DNA of 64,000 nucleotides, from assembly GCF_018977255.1 (NCBI RefSeq), contig NW_024704743.1, positions 103,046,001 through 103,110,000 on the forward strand, written 5' to 3'. Under the pieces are notes generated by a model, which was not told where the DNA came from, searched no databases, and was given only the letters and a program-made list of their open reading frames with translations. This document shows, piece after piece, positions 10,536-24,594 of this stretch (position 1 is its first letter; every line of letters begins with the position of its first letter). Both the position numbers and the translations under genes were made by a program. Source of the stretch: Callorhinchus milii (Eukaryota).

Positions 10536-13500
10536 AATGCACAAGAGCATTTTCACCATCTTCCTGTCCACAGCTCGGGCACGCGTCTGTCCCTTCCCAT
10601 TGAGAGATAGTTCCATCAGTTGGAGGCATGGTGGTCAAGCCACAGCCGCTCTACAAGCTAATCAAAGTAGATTCCAGGCACTGATGTATGAACGTGTGTT
10701 CACAAACTCAGACTCCAGGTAACGCCTTCTGGCAGCTGTTGCCTCAAGCCTCAGAGTTTCTTCATCAGCTATCTCATGGACATTAACCTTCAGCATGGTG
10801 GGAGGCCCTTTACAGGATAGCATGTGACTTGCTAGCCACCTTAATATAAAAGAGGCAACAAACCGATAACATGTCATTGTGTTCTGATGCAATACAAATC
10901 AAAATGAGACCGACAAAATGAGACCTTAGCTATTTACGAGTCAGCATGCCTACTGTTAAATTAGTTACTAAAATCTGCCAGATGGTGTTGATGATTCAAA
11001 TAAAATTAGGAATTATGTTGGAAAGTAGATATAACAATTGAAGAAAAAGAATAAGTAAATCTTGCTCCTGGTTGAAATCCTGCCCACTGAGGAAAGACTC
11101 CAGCTTTTATTTGAAGAGCATATCCATTCACACATACATACAAACAAAGCACTCCAATTGGCACTTCAATTATCCATTGCCCTATTCTCACTTAACTCCT
11201 GTAGGTCAGGGTGTTATGCATTCACATTGGGACTGTGTGCTGTGTACACTGTGCTCACAGTGTAAAGTTAGTTCCCTGTTTATGCGACACTCTGGCCTGT
11301 GAATTGGAATCCAAACCACAACAGCTTGCACCAAACATGCAGCATGCTGATGCACAGACAAGAGAAAACAACTTGATCAGGTTAGACAACACCTTTGATG
11401 GAAACACAATACTCTGCTGTAAGTCACTGAGTGCAGTGCTTGTAACTTATTGCTCATTCTCCCTTGGCTAATACATTTGAGATATAAAGCCTTGCAATTG
11501 GATATAGTTTTATTTTGGGTGAAGGGCATGGTGCAGATACTCCAGCAACAAATACAGAACACCTCTCTGTGTGTTGGACAATCCAGGATTTTCTAACTGC
11601 ATAACACCAGCCTTCCACCCCCTTTTTTGTAGGTGAATTTTGTGCTCATTGACATGAAGGATGATATATTGTGACCCTCATACACAGTTTTATACACTGC
11701 AACCTCCATCTGTTACATCTTGAATTCATGTAATAGCTCTGCTGTGACAGGATTTAAATGAAGATCAGGTAGCACAGATTTACAACCACAGCAGTAAATA
11801 AAGGCATTCTTCTCTAGATGGCAGCAAAAACATAGTGCCAAGTTCAGATTTGTTGAGCACAACCTAAAATTTGTGAGGGTAAAACAATAAAATGCAGATA
11901 AATTTTGGATATGGTCCATGAGACATATTTGCAAGATTGATTTATTTTGAATGCTATCAAAGTTGCTTCAAAGAGAGATAATGTGAAAAATTTCTTGAAC
12001 TGACTAAGTAACCAGAGGACAGGAGGTGTGAGTGAGAATTCCAGAAATCTTTCAAATTAATATTTTTAGCAAACATTTTTTAATGGGAAACTGCGGAGGT
12101 AATTTTCGCCCCATCAGAAAAAATACTGAAATTGCTGGTCTGCACTCTTATACGTTCAGTCAATTTATTGATAAACTTTAAATAATAATATTGTAGTAAT
12201 CCTTGCCTTGATATACATAGCACATCATCATGTTGTCAAAAGTCTCAAAGTCTTCACAGGATTTTAATGTAAAGTGTAGTGACTGTGTAATTGTAGATGA
12301 ACGCAGCAGCCAAATTGCATACAGCAATGTCCCCAAACAGCCACAAAATGGATGACCAATTTTAACTGGAATTTGTTGGCAAGGCCACCGGGAGAAACTT
12401 CTTGTTACAGTTGATTCAGCTTGATGCTTTAATAGTATGATGGAAGAGTATGATTGCAGTTTTAGTGATGGAAATGGGGACTCCTTCTTGTGTAAATTGT
12501 TTGGGAAAACAGGAACCATTTTGCCAAACCATTTACTTCCAGAGAAGAAATTTCTCCCACATTTTAGACACTGCAGACGCTTTCGACCACAATGGGAGGA
12601 CTGCAATGCTCCTTAACACCATATATTATGAGCATGATATAATCATGAGCAGTTTATGTTCAGTCTCTGTGGAATAAAATTTCGCAGCGAATTTTGGCAC
12701 TTAAAAAAAATTGAGGGCTATGATTTTTTTTATGAGCTGAAATTCTCGAAAGTATTGTTGTGGAGCAGCACAGTATTAAATGACCCTAGCAATGTCATCA
12801 TTCCCAGAGGGCATTTCATGAAGGAGATATAATAGCATCCTCCTGACAGTGAAAAGAGTCAAAGTCATAAGCTGGTTTCTCCACCTCACAGAAGCACATG
12901 TTCCTGAAATGCCCGACAGGGGATTTTGTTCATGAATAAACTATTAAAATTAAAATTTGAAAAAAGGCTCCAGTTCCTCTCTGCAGATAAGCCGTTGAGC
13001 TTCGAAAAAGAGTAGGCTGCAAAAAGGACCTCACTTGTAAAGAAGCACTAACGTTAGGATCAGAAGCTAATGTAAACGGTTAAAGGTTTAATGCGCATGA
13101 CAGTTACTACTCTCTGATCGGGTACAATATAATAAAGTAGGCTTGATTCTCAAATCTTGCCTGGAGGCTGTCTCTTCCTGTGAGCTATTGCTGGTAGGTA
13201 CATCATTAAAATCACACATTATTAGGCCATCAAGATTCTGGGCTGCTTAATCTGTGTGTAAAACAGAGGATGGTAAAACCGTAATATTTCTCTGAGGGTG
13301 TATGTATTAAATTGTAATGGGGAATTCTCCCAAAGCAGCAAAATACAGTACATTCTGTATTTCATTCACGCCCAGGATGAATGTAAAATTCATCTTCCAG
13401 GCTTTTCATGAAACAAAATCTGACAGCACTTCTAAACGTAGACACTGGACAGGGTAATATTGCAGTTGCAGCAAGAATTCCTACAGGGACAGAGGATTTT

Positions 13501-13709
13501 GAGCAGCATTGCTCATTCACCATGTCACTCCAGCTGAACTGGATGATCTCACAGTAAAATGCCTGCTCCCAGGAGCTGTCCAGTTGTCACTCTAAGAATA
13601 TTAAGCACAAACGGTCCCTCATGCTGTGTTTATACTGCTGGGAGCAAAGTCACTTCCCACCAGCATTGAGCAAGACAATACACACTGGATAGTGCACATA
13701 ATAAATAAT

Positions 13710-14610
13710 ATCAATCATTTACTTTTGATATGACTACATCGTCAAAACATCTCAGAGTTCTTCAAAGGATGTACTTAAAGTGTGGTGACTGTGCAAATTG
13801 TAGGCAAATGTGGCAGCCAATTTGTGCAAAACAGCATTCTACAATCACACATTAAGTGAATGATCAATTTAGCTGGGGAGATTGTTTTTCTTTTTCAATT
13901 GAACAGGTAGACGGGATCTTGGGTTAACATCTCATCCAAAAGATGGCACCTCCAACAATACAGAACTTCTGACGTCCGGCTCGATCCCGCAATCGTCTGA
14001 CTCGTACGAATGACTGCTACCAAGTGAGCTAGGCTGACCACCTACATCACATCACATGAATCACGAACACTTTGTAAAGAAATACCACAAATTAGACCTC
14101 ATAAAAAACCTAGATTGGAGCCTATTTATTAGAGTGTGTTTAATTGTAACATTCCTGCGAGATAATGTTTTCTCAGGTACCAATACTATTTTCACAACAT
14201 TGTAAACAACTGTTGTTTGAGTTGGTAGCACTCTCATGCCTTTAACAAAAGGCTCTGGGTTCAAGCCTCACATTCAGTCATGAGCACATGTAAGTCTAAG
14301 CTTACAGTCCAGCGAGTGCTGAAATGACAGAAGTATCATCCAGCAGACATTAAACGAAAGTCACACTGCCTGATCTTCAGGTGGACATCAAAGAACCCAT
14401 GATAGTATTCAAAAATAGAAGCGAGTGAGTGTATGGCCTGCCCTAACAATCCTCCAGGGAAATTGTGCATTCGGCTGTTAGTGGAATCTTGCTGAGCATA
14501 AAATGACCGATGTATTTACCTATAAAAAGTCTCACTATATTTGATAGCATTTATCACTTAAGTACCTTCAGAGTTTGAAATAAGGTGCTATAAATTTTAA
14601 GTTTTCTTTC
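13710..14610. mobile_element. Two divergently oriented DeuSINE copies (13710-14040 minus, 14215-14610 plus)
   Basis: tRNA-like heads and the Deu core (aggtggac.t.aaaga.ccca; gtggaatcttgctg) on opposite strands. Confidence 0.7.
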
Positions 14611-14799
14611 TTTGATGCATCTAAGCTTTCAGGTAATCTGATTAATAGAGTGATTTCTAACTTTTGCTTTGAATTATGCTGGGCACAGAGATGTTGTCCA
14701 TTGGATGAGATGTTAAATCAAGGACCCATCTGTTCAGACGCACATTAAAGATCCTTTTGAACTGTTTTCAGAAGTTTAACTGTCGTGAAATGTGCTTCA

Positions 14800-15390
14800 T
14801 CAAAGTCAAATCCTCCTGTGGCGGGGGAAGGGGGGGAAGGTCAGTAGGGAGGTAAGCAGGGTCTGAAAAGGCTCCAAGGTGAGATGCCTAGCAATGGAAT
14901 GTCTGGATCTAGCCAACCTTTTGTGGTGGTCTCGGTAGTCCAGTTCATAAGCCAGGCGGGTCCACAATATTCCTGGGCACAGCCAACCTGGCTCAGCAGC
15001 AGGACCTAGAAGGGCAGACCAGTCATGAGGAGCTGCGAGTCATCCTACTCAGCTCCTTTTAACTCTGTCAGCCAAAGCCCAAAAGTGTAGGGTTGTCCGA
15101 GCTGGGAAGGCAGCAATATCAATAGTAAACTTTGTGGATTTAGCTAGTTAGACTCCGGAATACCCCAACGCACACTCTGGGGTCCCCAAGCCTTCGCTCT
15201 TGCCAACCTGCGCCTAATAGTTTCCGGAATTAGGTAAGCTGGATGCATCCCTCCAGGAAGAGAGTGTGATCCAACAATCTGTCCTGGGATTTCCATGTGT
15301 AGGTGGGATGCATGAAAATCTCTGCTTGGTTTGGATACTGAAGCATGGTGATGGGTTACCGCATGTATCAGACACCCAGCTGACCAAAAC
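14800..15390 (-). mobile_element. Family X repeat, copy 4 (inverted)
   Basis: Reverse complement matches copies 2, 3 and 7 (tgccaacctgcgcctaata..ggaattaggtaagc..atcagacacccagctgacc). Confidence 0.8.
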
Positions 15391-17144
15391 ATATACAAAA
15401 AATCAAAGACAAGGATCATTACATCTTCCCTTAAGTGGTATTGAAAAGCTTACCCATTCTGCAATGCTACCTCCTTTTTGAAATCAAATTTCAAGTGCAA
15501 CTTATGGCACACCCAGCCAAGGATTTACTCTGTACAGTTTTGCAATAAAAATATTATCTTCCCTGCTCGATATTCAAAACTTATTGGGTGGAACAGAAGG
15601 TATTTATGCAACTGTGAATGGCCAGAGTATAGAGGATAATGTATTTGCCATAGAAATACATATAGAGAGAACTGTTATATTGAGGATTCCGTAAATATTG
15701 TGTTTGGAATCGAAACAGTTAGTGACTGGGACATGCTCCATTGATTACAACATATAGCAAGCTGAGCTGGCTCAGTTGAGTTGAGCAGAATGAGTCTTAC
15801 TGGGTCAGTGCTGAGATGCCACACCTCAATGCACACTGTCTGCACTAAGCAGAAGATCAACACAAAAAAAATCTCTTTCTGAAATAAAGATCAGCCTTAG
15901 GCCAGTCATTTTTTAAAAAATATATATAAATTGTTCTGTGAACTTTTGTGCTTATCAAAATGGGGTTGTCAGTGTTAAGGAACTGAATACTTTTGGCACC
16001 TAGTGTCAATGTTGATCACTCTCAGGTCAGCCATAGCACGAGTTGGGTGCAGTGTAAAGCTCCAATAGTGCCTCTTAGTTCCATCCAGAAAACTGAACCA
16101 ACATTATTTTTTTTTAATTTCCTATAGCAAGTTATTATATTATATGCCAAATTATTATAGATTTGTACTCATGCTCACTAGAAACTGGATTATTTATTCT
16201 AGTCAAACTCAGATCACATGAGATCTTTACAACCAGTACAGAAATGTTTTCAACCCATCAGCCAGATCATAACATAAAACAAGATCCCATTGCAGAAATA
16301 GTAGTTCCAGTACATCCCTTTACCCAGATCCTCAGGTCAATCCTTTGTAGAATATTTTTGGATGTCAGCCTGGCCCGATTCGCAGCACTCAAGCCCGATG
16401 TTGGGACTTTGAATTCAAACAGTCTAATTTGACAATGCAATATAGTGCTGGGGAGTGCAGCATTGTTGGAGGGGCCATCTTTGGTGGAGACATTAAACCG
16501 AGGTGCCATCTCCCTGTTCAAATGGATGTTAAAGATCACATAACACTTACAGAAAAATGATTTTAGAACCTTTCCCTTTAACTTCTACAATCTCATCCTT
16601 ATCAACTCATTTTGTTGAGTCACAAAAATATAAGCATTGTGAGCACACACAAGGATCAATGTCTAATGTGGTAAATCTACTTTATTAAATTCTGTGCATG
16701 CAGTTACTTATGCCAGAGGAACATGTGGCAGTGAATGGAGTAGAAGAACAAAATTTGCATCCTAACGGTCACAGCCCTGGAGCTACAGTTTCAAACCCCG
16801 GAAATCTCCTGGCTGACTGACATCCGCATGATGCATTTCATAAATTATAGCCAAACGCTGTAGATTTATGAAATCTAGTAGGGACATTGCCACCCTGGGG
16901 GAAAAAATCTGAAACGCCTTAACTTTGTGAAAGATCAGCACACTGCTGCTGGCTCACCCACCAACTAAACCTGGCACTGGATAACAGCTGACTGGAGCTT
17001 TCCAAATAGAGGTGCATGGTGCCAGGAACAAGGCTAGGGATAAGGGTAAGGGAGGACTCTAAAACGAAGGGAGGAAATGGAAGGATATTTAATAAAGAAA
17101 ACAAATGGTAGCTGTTGGAAGATATATGCAATTTTCTTTGCCTA

Positions 17145-17170
17145 TGAGTGAGTGAGTGAGTGAGTGAGTA
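17145..17170. repeat. (TGAG)n microsatellite
   Basis: tgagtgagtgagtgagtgagtgagt. Confidence 0.95.
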
Positions 17171-18759
17171 AGGCTACATTTTCCTTCAGTCAGTTTATTT
17201 TCATGCTAAGGGTGTCCTGATCTAATTCAACTCACTGTCTCAAATGCACCAAGTGCAATGGGCCGCAGTTTCACTGAAAGAGATCCCACTGAGCTGTGCA
17301 TCTGTGTTCACAGCCATACCATGCGGCTGCTGTGCTGACAAATCCTGCTGTGATGGATTGCATTACACCAGAACACCTGGGAAAATGCAGATTAAAAGAA
17401 GCTTTTTGCACCTTCCTTGCATTCTTAGGAGATTATACCTATGCAGGAATTTTAAACAAACCCAAATAATGTGTGTGACAAGCTGCAATAAAATTATATT
17501 TTCACATAATCATGCTTGCACTGGTAAGCCATGCAGAGGTGAATCAGTTCAATAGTTTCCGTCTCATTTGTATTCCAAGCAACACGGATGGTTTCCCACT
17601 AAAATAAATAATGTAAAGTCTGCACTGATTTAATTTATGTTTTTGTAAGCTTATGGTAAAAATGCTGCAAGGATAGCAACGAAAACTATTAAATTCAGGA
17701 GTGCACCTCTTTAATATGTACAACAGTTCCTTTGACTTCATTGAAATATCTTTAATCATCAAATTTCTCAACATGTTTCCTAATACCAGTGGAGCTCTGG
17801 TCCATGTTCAAACTGTACTCGCCATGAAAGATTTATATTAAAGCAGAATCGTCTTTTGCCAATTCTCAATTGTTGAAATAATCAAAGGGAGCGCCCATGT
17901 GTGAACATTAAGTAGTTCCCTGAAACTGGTTTTGGCTGTTTAAATGGGGATTATTTTCTGAATAAGAAAGAACAATAACTCACAAGCAATGAAGTGCAGT
18001 GGATCTATCACATAAATAAAACACTGCTGGTAACTGACCTATGCAACATCCCTTCAGCTCTGAGGAGTGATTTTTTTCCCCTTTTGTTCATGTGAAATTC
18101 TGTGGAGCTGGTCTATAATCCTCCTGCTGCTGAGCTCTCTGCAGTAACTCGAGACAACAAGTTTATCCCCACGTCATATTTCACCAATTGCAACAAATGA
18201 TCACTGAAATTGAATGAAAATAATAAGAAAGAGACTGAACTGAAGTGAAAGGCGCTATATATATGTAATTCGTTGTTGTTGAAATGTAGAATAACATACA
18301 TAAAAATAGTTGCATTTGCTATAGCACCTTATCATGTAAATACATCTCAAAGTGTTTGAGTAAAAAATTCTGTAAAGTGCAGTGATTGTGTATTTACATT
18401 ATTTAAAAAAATAATAATACTTTGGTCATTCAATCCATAACTGTTTGTGGGACTTTGCTGTACGCAATTGGCTGCCGCATTCTCTTCACAAAATACACAG
18501 TCAATTCACTATACCATATATTCTCCCCCTCTGCAGCTATTCACTTGAACCCCATTTCCTTCCTTTTTGCCCATAGCCCAATGGACAAAATGGATGGTGT
18601 CATTTTCAATGGAATGTGAAATTCATTTAGTTGGAAACACAAAATCAGACCCAGTGGAGCTCCCATAACAGAAATTTGCATTTGCCAAAAATTCAGGATT
18701 GATCTCTATGACAGGGCTTGTCTGTATGGAATATGAATTTTAACACCATAAGAAGTGTA

Positions 18760-19345
18760 TTGTTACAACAACAACAAATTCCATTTTTATAGCCTTTCAT
18801 ATCATAAGGCACTGGACAGTCGAGAGTTTGACCTGAGCTGGGGGTCAGATTCAAGATGGGGGGGACCAATCAGGTGGAGATGGGGGGAGTGGGGGAAATG
18901 ACCGAAGGCATGATCAAAGAGGAAGGTTTTGAGACAGATTTGATGGAGGTGAGGGTTGGGGCGAGGTGAAGGCACTCCGGGATTGAATTCTGGAGAACGG
19001 GACAAACAAATAGGTTGAAAGCCCAACTGCCGATCATGTGAAGCAAGCCAGTTCTCCCGAGTGGAGGGAGCGGTCGAGTTGGTAGGGTTTAAGAAAGTCA
19101 CAGAAGGTGGGGCAAGACCTTGGAGGAATTGAAAAGCGAGGACGAGGATATGGAACTCTATCCTCTGGGAGACTGGGAGCCAGTTGAGCCTGCTGATGTT
19201 GGGGATGATTGGCTCGAAGAGCCTACGTGGGAGAGTACACAAGCTGCGGAGTTCTGGATGGTCTGCAGCTTGTGGAGGGATGAGGTGGGAAGTGTGGTGA
19301 GCAGAGAGTTGGTGCAGTCTAGTCTGGATGTGATGAAAGCATAAG
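18760..19345 (-). mobile_element. L2 LINE 3' end
   Basis: LNWLPVSQRIEF...LKTFLFDHAF; (TTG)n tail at about 18765. Confidence 0.9.
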
Positions 19346-19434
19346 AATTGAGGGGACCCGAGAGGAACGCTAATGGTGGAGGGGGGGCAATATTGCAGAG
19401 GTAGGGGAAAGTTGAATGGGTCAGAGCACAGACG

Positions 19435-20700
19435 TACTACAATAACAACAAAATTACATTTACAATGCGCCTTTTACGTCGGGAGGATGTCTCAAGGTGC
19501 TGGACAGACAGAAACAGACCTGAGCTGGGGGTCAGGGTCGGGGAGAGTGGAGGGCAGGGAGGGAGGCAGGGAAGAACGAAAGCATGGTCGAAGAGGAAGG
19601 TCTTGAGATGGATCTTGAAGGTGATGGAGGAGGGGCAAGGCGTAAGGACTGTGGGATGGAGTTCCAGAAGGTTGGGGCAATGTGGCAGAAGGCTCGCCCG
19701 CCAATAGTGGGGCGAGCGAGGTGGGGGACATGAAGCAGGCCAGAGCCCGCTGAGCGGAGAAGTGAGCAGGATGGTAGGGGGTTAGGAGGTCTCAGAGCTA
19801 GGGGGCAGTAAGACCGTGGAGGGTTTTAAAGGTGAGGATCAAGATCTTGAACTGTATCCTCTGTGTGATGGGAAGCCAGTGGAGTCGGGCAAGGATGGGG
19901 GTGATAGGGTTGCAGAGCCTAGTGCAGGAGAGTTCTGGATGATCTGCAGCCTATGGTGGGAGGAGTTGGGGAAGACAACAAGCAGGGAGCTTGCATTGTT
20001 GAGCCTCAATGTAATGAAAGCATGTATGAGGGTTTCGGCGGCCTGCGGTGTGAGACAATGTCGGAGCCGGGCAACGTTACTGAGGTGGGGGAAGGCAGAG
20101 CAGGTCATGGCACAGATGTGGGGTAGAAAGGATAGTTAAAACAAGATCCCAAGGTTCCGGACTGGCTTAGGAAGGTGGCGTGTGCAACCATGGATAGTGA
20201 TGCTGTCAGCGCCTACAATGAGAAGACGCTGACGGGAGCCAATCAGGAGAGCCTTGTTCTTGTTGACGTTCAAATGAATTAGGTGTAATCCAGAACTTGA
20301 TGTCTGACAGACATTCAATCAGGACAGCAGTGGTCCTGGAGTCAAGGGTGGGGGCACAGAGGTAGAGTTTGGTGTCATCTGCATACATGTGAAAGTTGAT
20401 CCCGTGTTTGAGGACATAGGGTTCAAAGGACAGTTAAGTGTTAAACAAGACACTGAGGTTCCACACTAGCCCCATGAGGTGTGGTGTGCAAACTTCGAGA
20501 TTGATGTTGTCAGTGCCTGAGGTGAGAAGGTGAGACGGGAGCCAAGCAGGAAGGCCTCCGTCTTGTCAACATTCAACTGGTGAAAGTTAACTCTCATTCA
20601 GTACTTGATTTCTGACAGGCAATCAGTCAGAACAGCAGTAGTCCTGGAATGTATGGTGAAAGCAGAGAGATAGAATTGGGTGTCATCCGCATACAAATTC
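19435..20700 (-). mobile_element. L2 LINE 3' end with two adjacent RT segments
   Basis: YADDTKLYL (20206-20388), AETLIHAFITLRL, LQIIQNS; a second YADD segment near 20690; TTG tail. Confidence 0.92.
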
Positions 20701-22714
20701 TAAGGAATATGGAATGTTTCTAAACTAACCTATGCCTTACCAATTATAGACTCTAAGAACCTTGTGAAGGACTCTTGGTGTGTAATAAAACAAGGGTTAA
20801 TTCAACTGTACATTGTTATGCGAAATACTGTAATCTCTCATATGAGCCATTAATGAAGCTTCCTGAAAGAAAGTTATGAAATAGCTTAATTTAGGTTTGT
20901 CTCAAGCGGAAATTAATAAATAACTTCTATTTATACTCTTTTATTAAAGGGATTCTAGTCAGATATGCTGCCACTATTTAATTTCATAAAAAGACTGAAA
21001 TGTGATATTACTGTGCATATATATATATATAATTGCATTTGATACAATGCTTTATGACGTCAAAATGTCTTTAAATTTTACCTATAAAATACAAAATACA
21101 TAAGCAACAAATTTACATAGCGCCTTTCACATCAAGAGAATATCTTTTCGGTAAATTCTGTGAAGTGCTTTGAGACATTCCCCTAACATGAAAGGAATAC
21201 ATAAAATGCAAGGATTATTTGATTATCATGTAACTGTTATAACTATGTATTATTATAATAGAATTACAAAGAGATTACCACAGAATAGGGTAGTTGGCAC
21301 ATTGAGTTTGTGTTGGTGCTTACTCCCCCTTTATTGTGGAATTCAAGATCTGTGCACTGTGCTATGAGACAGATCCATCAGCGACAAGAGTCAAGCCACT
21401 CCAGTCACACAACTTCTCTCGAGCAGAGTTATCACAAATGATAAGCATCGTATTTTGGGCATAGGCACTCGCGCTGTCTGGAGCTGAACTGAACAGCCCA
21501 GTAATAAGAGTAGCGGCTTGTACATGTGAGCATCCACATAAAGTAAATGATGGCAGGTTACTCTCCACGGAGGCAAGAGTGCTATCCCGTTTGCATTACA
21601 GCACTGCTATCAAAGTCAGGGCTGTGGCTTACGCTAAATGTCACCATATATACCATGTCACCAACCATATATGATACTGAATGACATGTTGACCTTATGC
21701 ATGGCAGTCTAGCTGCATAGGAAAGCCTGGGGAATGTGTGATGCCAACTATTGTATAATTGAATGGCCCACAGCAATGTGTAGCCTGACTGTCAAGAATA
21801 TGAAATACCTGCATTCTTGCATTGGAAGAAAAGAAAACATTGTTTGCACGACAGGTGTCTCACATTGAATTTGCAATTGCAATGAAGAGGGAATAATTAC
21901 AGAGTGCATGTAAAGCGATGATTAAAAACGGAAGAAGTCAACCATCATTTACAAAGATTTTTGTAAAATTGTGTACACAAGGCAAGACAATTTTTTCGTG
22001 TTAACCTTTCTGTCAGAGACAACCAGGCTATAAATATAAATTCAAGAGCAACAACAAAAGGCAAAGACACACACGTGAAGTGACGATTATCACTGATAAT
22101 GTGACAGTTAACACCAGTAAGAATGAATACATTATGCCCCCCAAAAAATCAAAACTATCAATAATTATCAACTGCTCGCTGTGTACCTCTTCCTGACTTT
22201 ATAACAATGGTTACACCTGAGGCTGGTGAGAAAAGACTGCACAGCCAAGGAACGAATACATAGCATTTGAGTGCTTTATCATGGGATACTGTCCTGACAC
22301 AGATTGATCGATTAAGCTGTTCCAAATGCTTCGATGTTGCAGGCAAAAACTGTCATGGCAACAGTGGCAGGCAACATGAAAATTATCATATTCGATTGCA
22401 TTTTAATCCTACTGGTGCGATATTTCAGGCTAATTCACAGTCAGTCTTGGCTGACCCTCCAAAGCGGAATTGGTGGGGGGGCGGTGGGGAGCTCTGCATT
22501 GTTGGAGATGCCATCTTTGAGCTGAGATCTTAAACTGAGATCCCATCTGTCAGTTCTGTGGCCATTAAAGAATCCAATTTGAAAGATCCTGGCCAGCAAT
22601 TTCCCAGGAACAAATTGTCATTGGTGTGGGACATTGATATGTGCAAATATGCTGCGCTTTCAAAGTAAACAATTACTGCACTTTATAGAAAATCTACTTG
22701 AGAGTCCCAACATG

Positions 22715-23400
22715 GGGATACTCTTTGACTCTCGTCAACATCTTAAATCGCATGGTTCTCATCTCCTCCACCTACCCGACCACACCCTAAAACTCTCCGA
22801 ACTCATACGCAACCTAGGCATCAGGTTCGACCCCAAATTATCCTTCCTCCCCCACACTCGGTCCCTCACCAGCACCGTTTTCTTCCACCTCTGACGCATC
22901 GACAGTCTCCGCCAATACCTCAACCCAAAAGCCGCCGAAACCCTGGTCGATGCCTTTGTCATCTCTCGGCTGGACTATTCAAATGCCCTCCTCGCCGGTC
23001 TCCCCTCCACTACCGTTCATGAAATCTAGTTCATCCAGAACTCTGCCGCCCGCATTCTTACCCGCACCAAATGCCGCTCCTCATTTACCCCAGTCCTTGC
23101 CACACTGCACTGGATGCCTGTGCCAGAGAGGATCGACTTCAAGGTCTCCCTCCACTCCTCTGCACACCCCTACCTCTCTGATCTCCTCTCTCCTCACCAA
23201 ATAGCCCGTTGCCTTTGCTCCATTGGGCCTTGTCCCCCGAATCCTCCGCTCCACCATCGGCTCCAGTGCCTTCAGCCATTACTCCCCGAGGCTCTGGAAC
23301 TCCCTTCCGCACTCCCTTCACCTCACCCCTTCTCTTCCTATTTTCAAGTCTCGGCTGAAGAACTTTTGTTTCGACCACGCCTTTGGTCACCTTCTTCCTC
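22715..23400 (+). mobile_element. L2 LINE fragment
   Basis: IRNLGIRFDPKLSF...IGSSAFSHYSPRLWNSLP...FKSRLK. Confidence 0.9.
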
Positions 23401-23484
23401 CACTGGTTAGAGCATCCTCCTTGCAAGCAAGAGGACCCAGGTTGAATTCCCGGGCAGGGCAAAACTTTGAACAAGTTTCCTTAT

Positions 23485-23880
23485 GCCACATGTCTCTGCC
23501 TTCCCCCACCGCGGCAACATTGCCTGGCTCCGCCACTGTCTCACACCGCAGGCCGCCGAAACCCTCATACATGCTTTCATTAAAATGAGGCTCGACTATG
23601 CAAACTTATTGCTTGTCGGCCTCCCCAACTCCTCCCTCCACAGGCTGCAGATCATCCAGAACTCTGCAGCCCATGTCCTCTCCCGCACTAGGCTCTGCGA
23701 CCCTATCACCCCCATCCTTGCCCAACTCCACTGGTTTCCCATCACACAGAGGATATAGTTCAAGATACTGATCCTCACCTTCATGGTCTTGCTCCCCACC
23801 TACCTCTGCGACCTCCTAAACCCCTACCATCCGGCTCACTCCCTCCTCTCAGAGGGCTCTGGCCTGCTTCACAACCCTCC
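23485..23880 (+). mobile_element. L2 LINE fragment
   Basis: QAAETLIHAFI..RLDYAN..LQIIQNSAA..ITPILAQLHWFP. Confidence 0.9.
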
Positions 23881-24594
23881 CGCCTCGCTCACTCCTCTTC
23901 TCGTCTTGTCTTATCTAACATACATCTTCATCAATAAATCTAAACAAAAAAAGGTTTATTTTATCTTAGATCTGAATTTTACAGTTGAGTGCCTTAGTTC
24001 CATAGCAATGTGTAACAAAATAAAACTCATAAATACCAGATGAGTTTTAGCATAAAGCACTTCTTTGAAAGTTAATCTATTGTCCTGCAAAACCAACAAC
24101 CAAAAGAAAGGGAAAGAAAAAACTATTTTTTATTGTACATGTGGAAATGACTCATGCTTTCAAGGACATTTTTGTCCACATACATATTTGCTGCAATTTG
24201 CCTCCATGTGTGATCCTGACAAGCCACTTACAGGAAAGCATTTGACATAGTACAGCACAGCAGTCATATGCATTTAACACTTGAGTTGTTGTTTATTTGT
24301 AAATAGGATGCCAACAATGTTCATGCATTTTCTCATTCTCTCCAATAAACATGCACTAAAGCAAAGTTAAAATTATTTGTTTGAATAACCAATGTAGAAG
24401 TACTTAGAGTGTATTGGAGAGGGGGGTTGGCTGCAATGTGATAAGTTTCCCAATGAAAATATGAAACAAAAAAAAACCGATCTAAATGAGAAAAGGCTAT
24501 TTTGCCTTTTAGTGTGGCTCCTCTATGATTTTCTTGATAACTGTAAAATCTGTCAAACTTTGTGGTTCAGATAAATAATAAATAATCCTTACAT

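Noticed and set aside
10662..10892. Minus-strand ORF with a Kozak-like ccaccATG (MLKVNVHEIADEETLRLEATAARRRYLESEF...) overlapping a hammerhead-like CTGATGA...GCAACAGCTGCC
   Set aside because: No good polypyrimidine tract or donor and no recognisable domain. The ribozyme-like stretch lacks GAAA and stem I.
12178..12606. 142-aa ORF with a CxxC motif (CLKCGRNF)
   Set aside because: Half of it is SINE sequence; no complete zinc finger and no splice sites.
17480..17598. Minus-strand acceptor followed by WETIRVAWNTNETETIELIHL...
   Set aside because: No usable donor before the stop codon.
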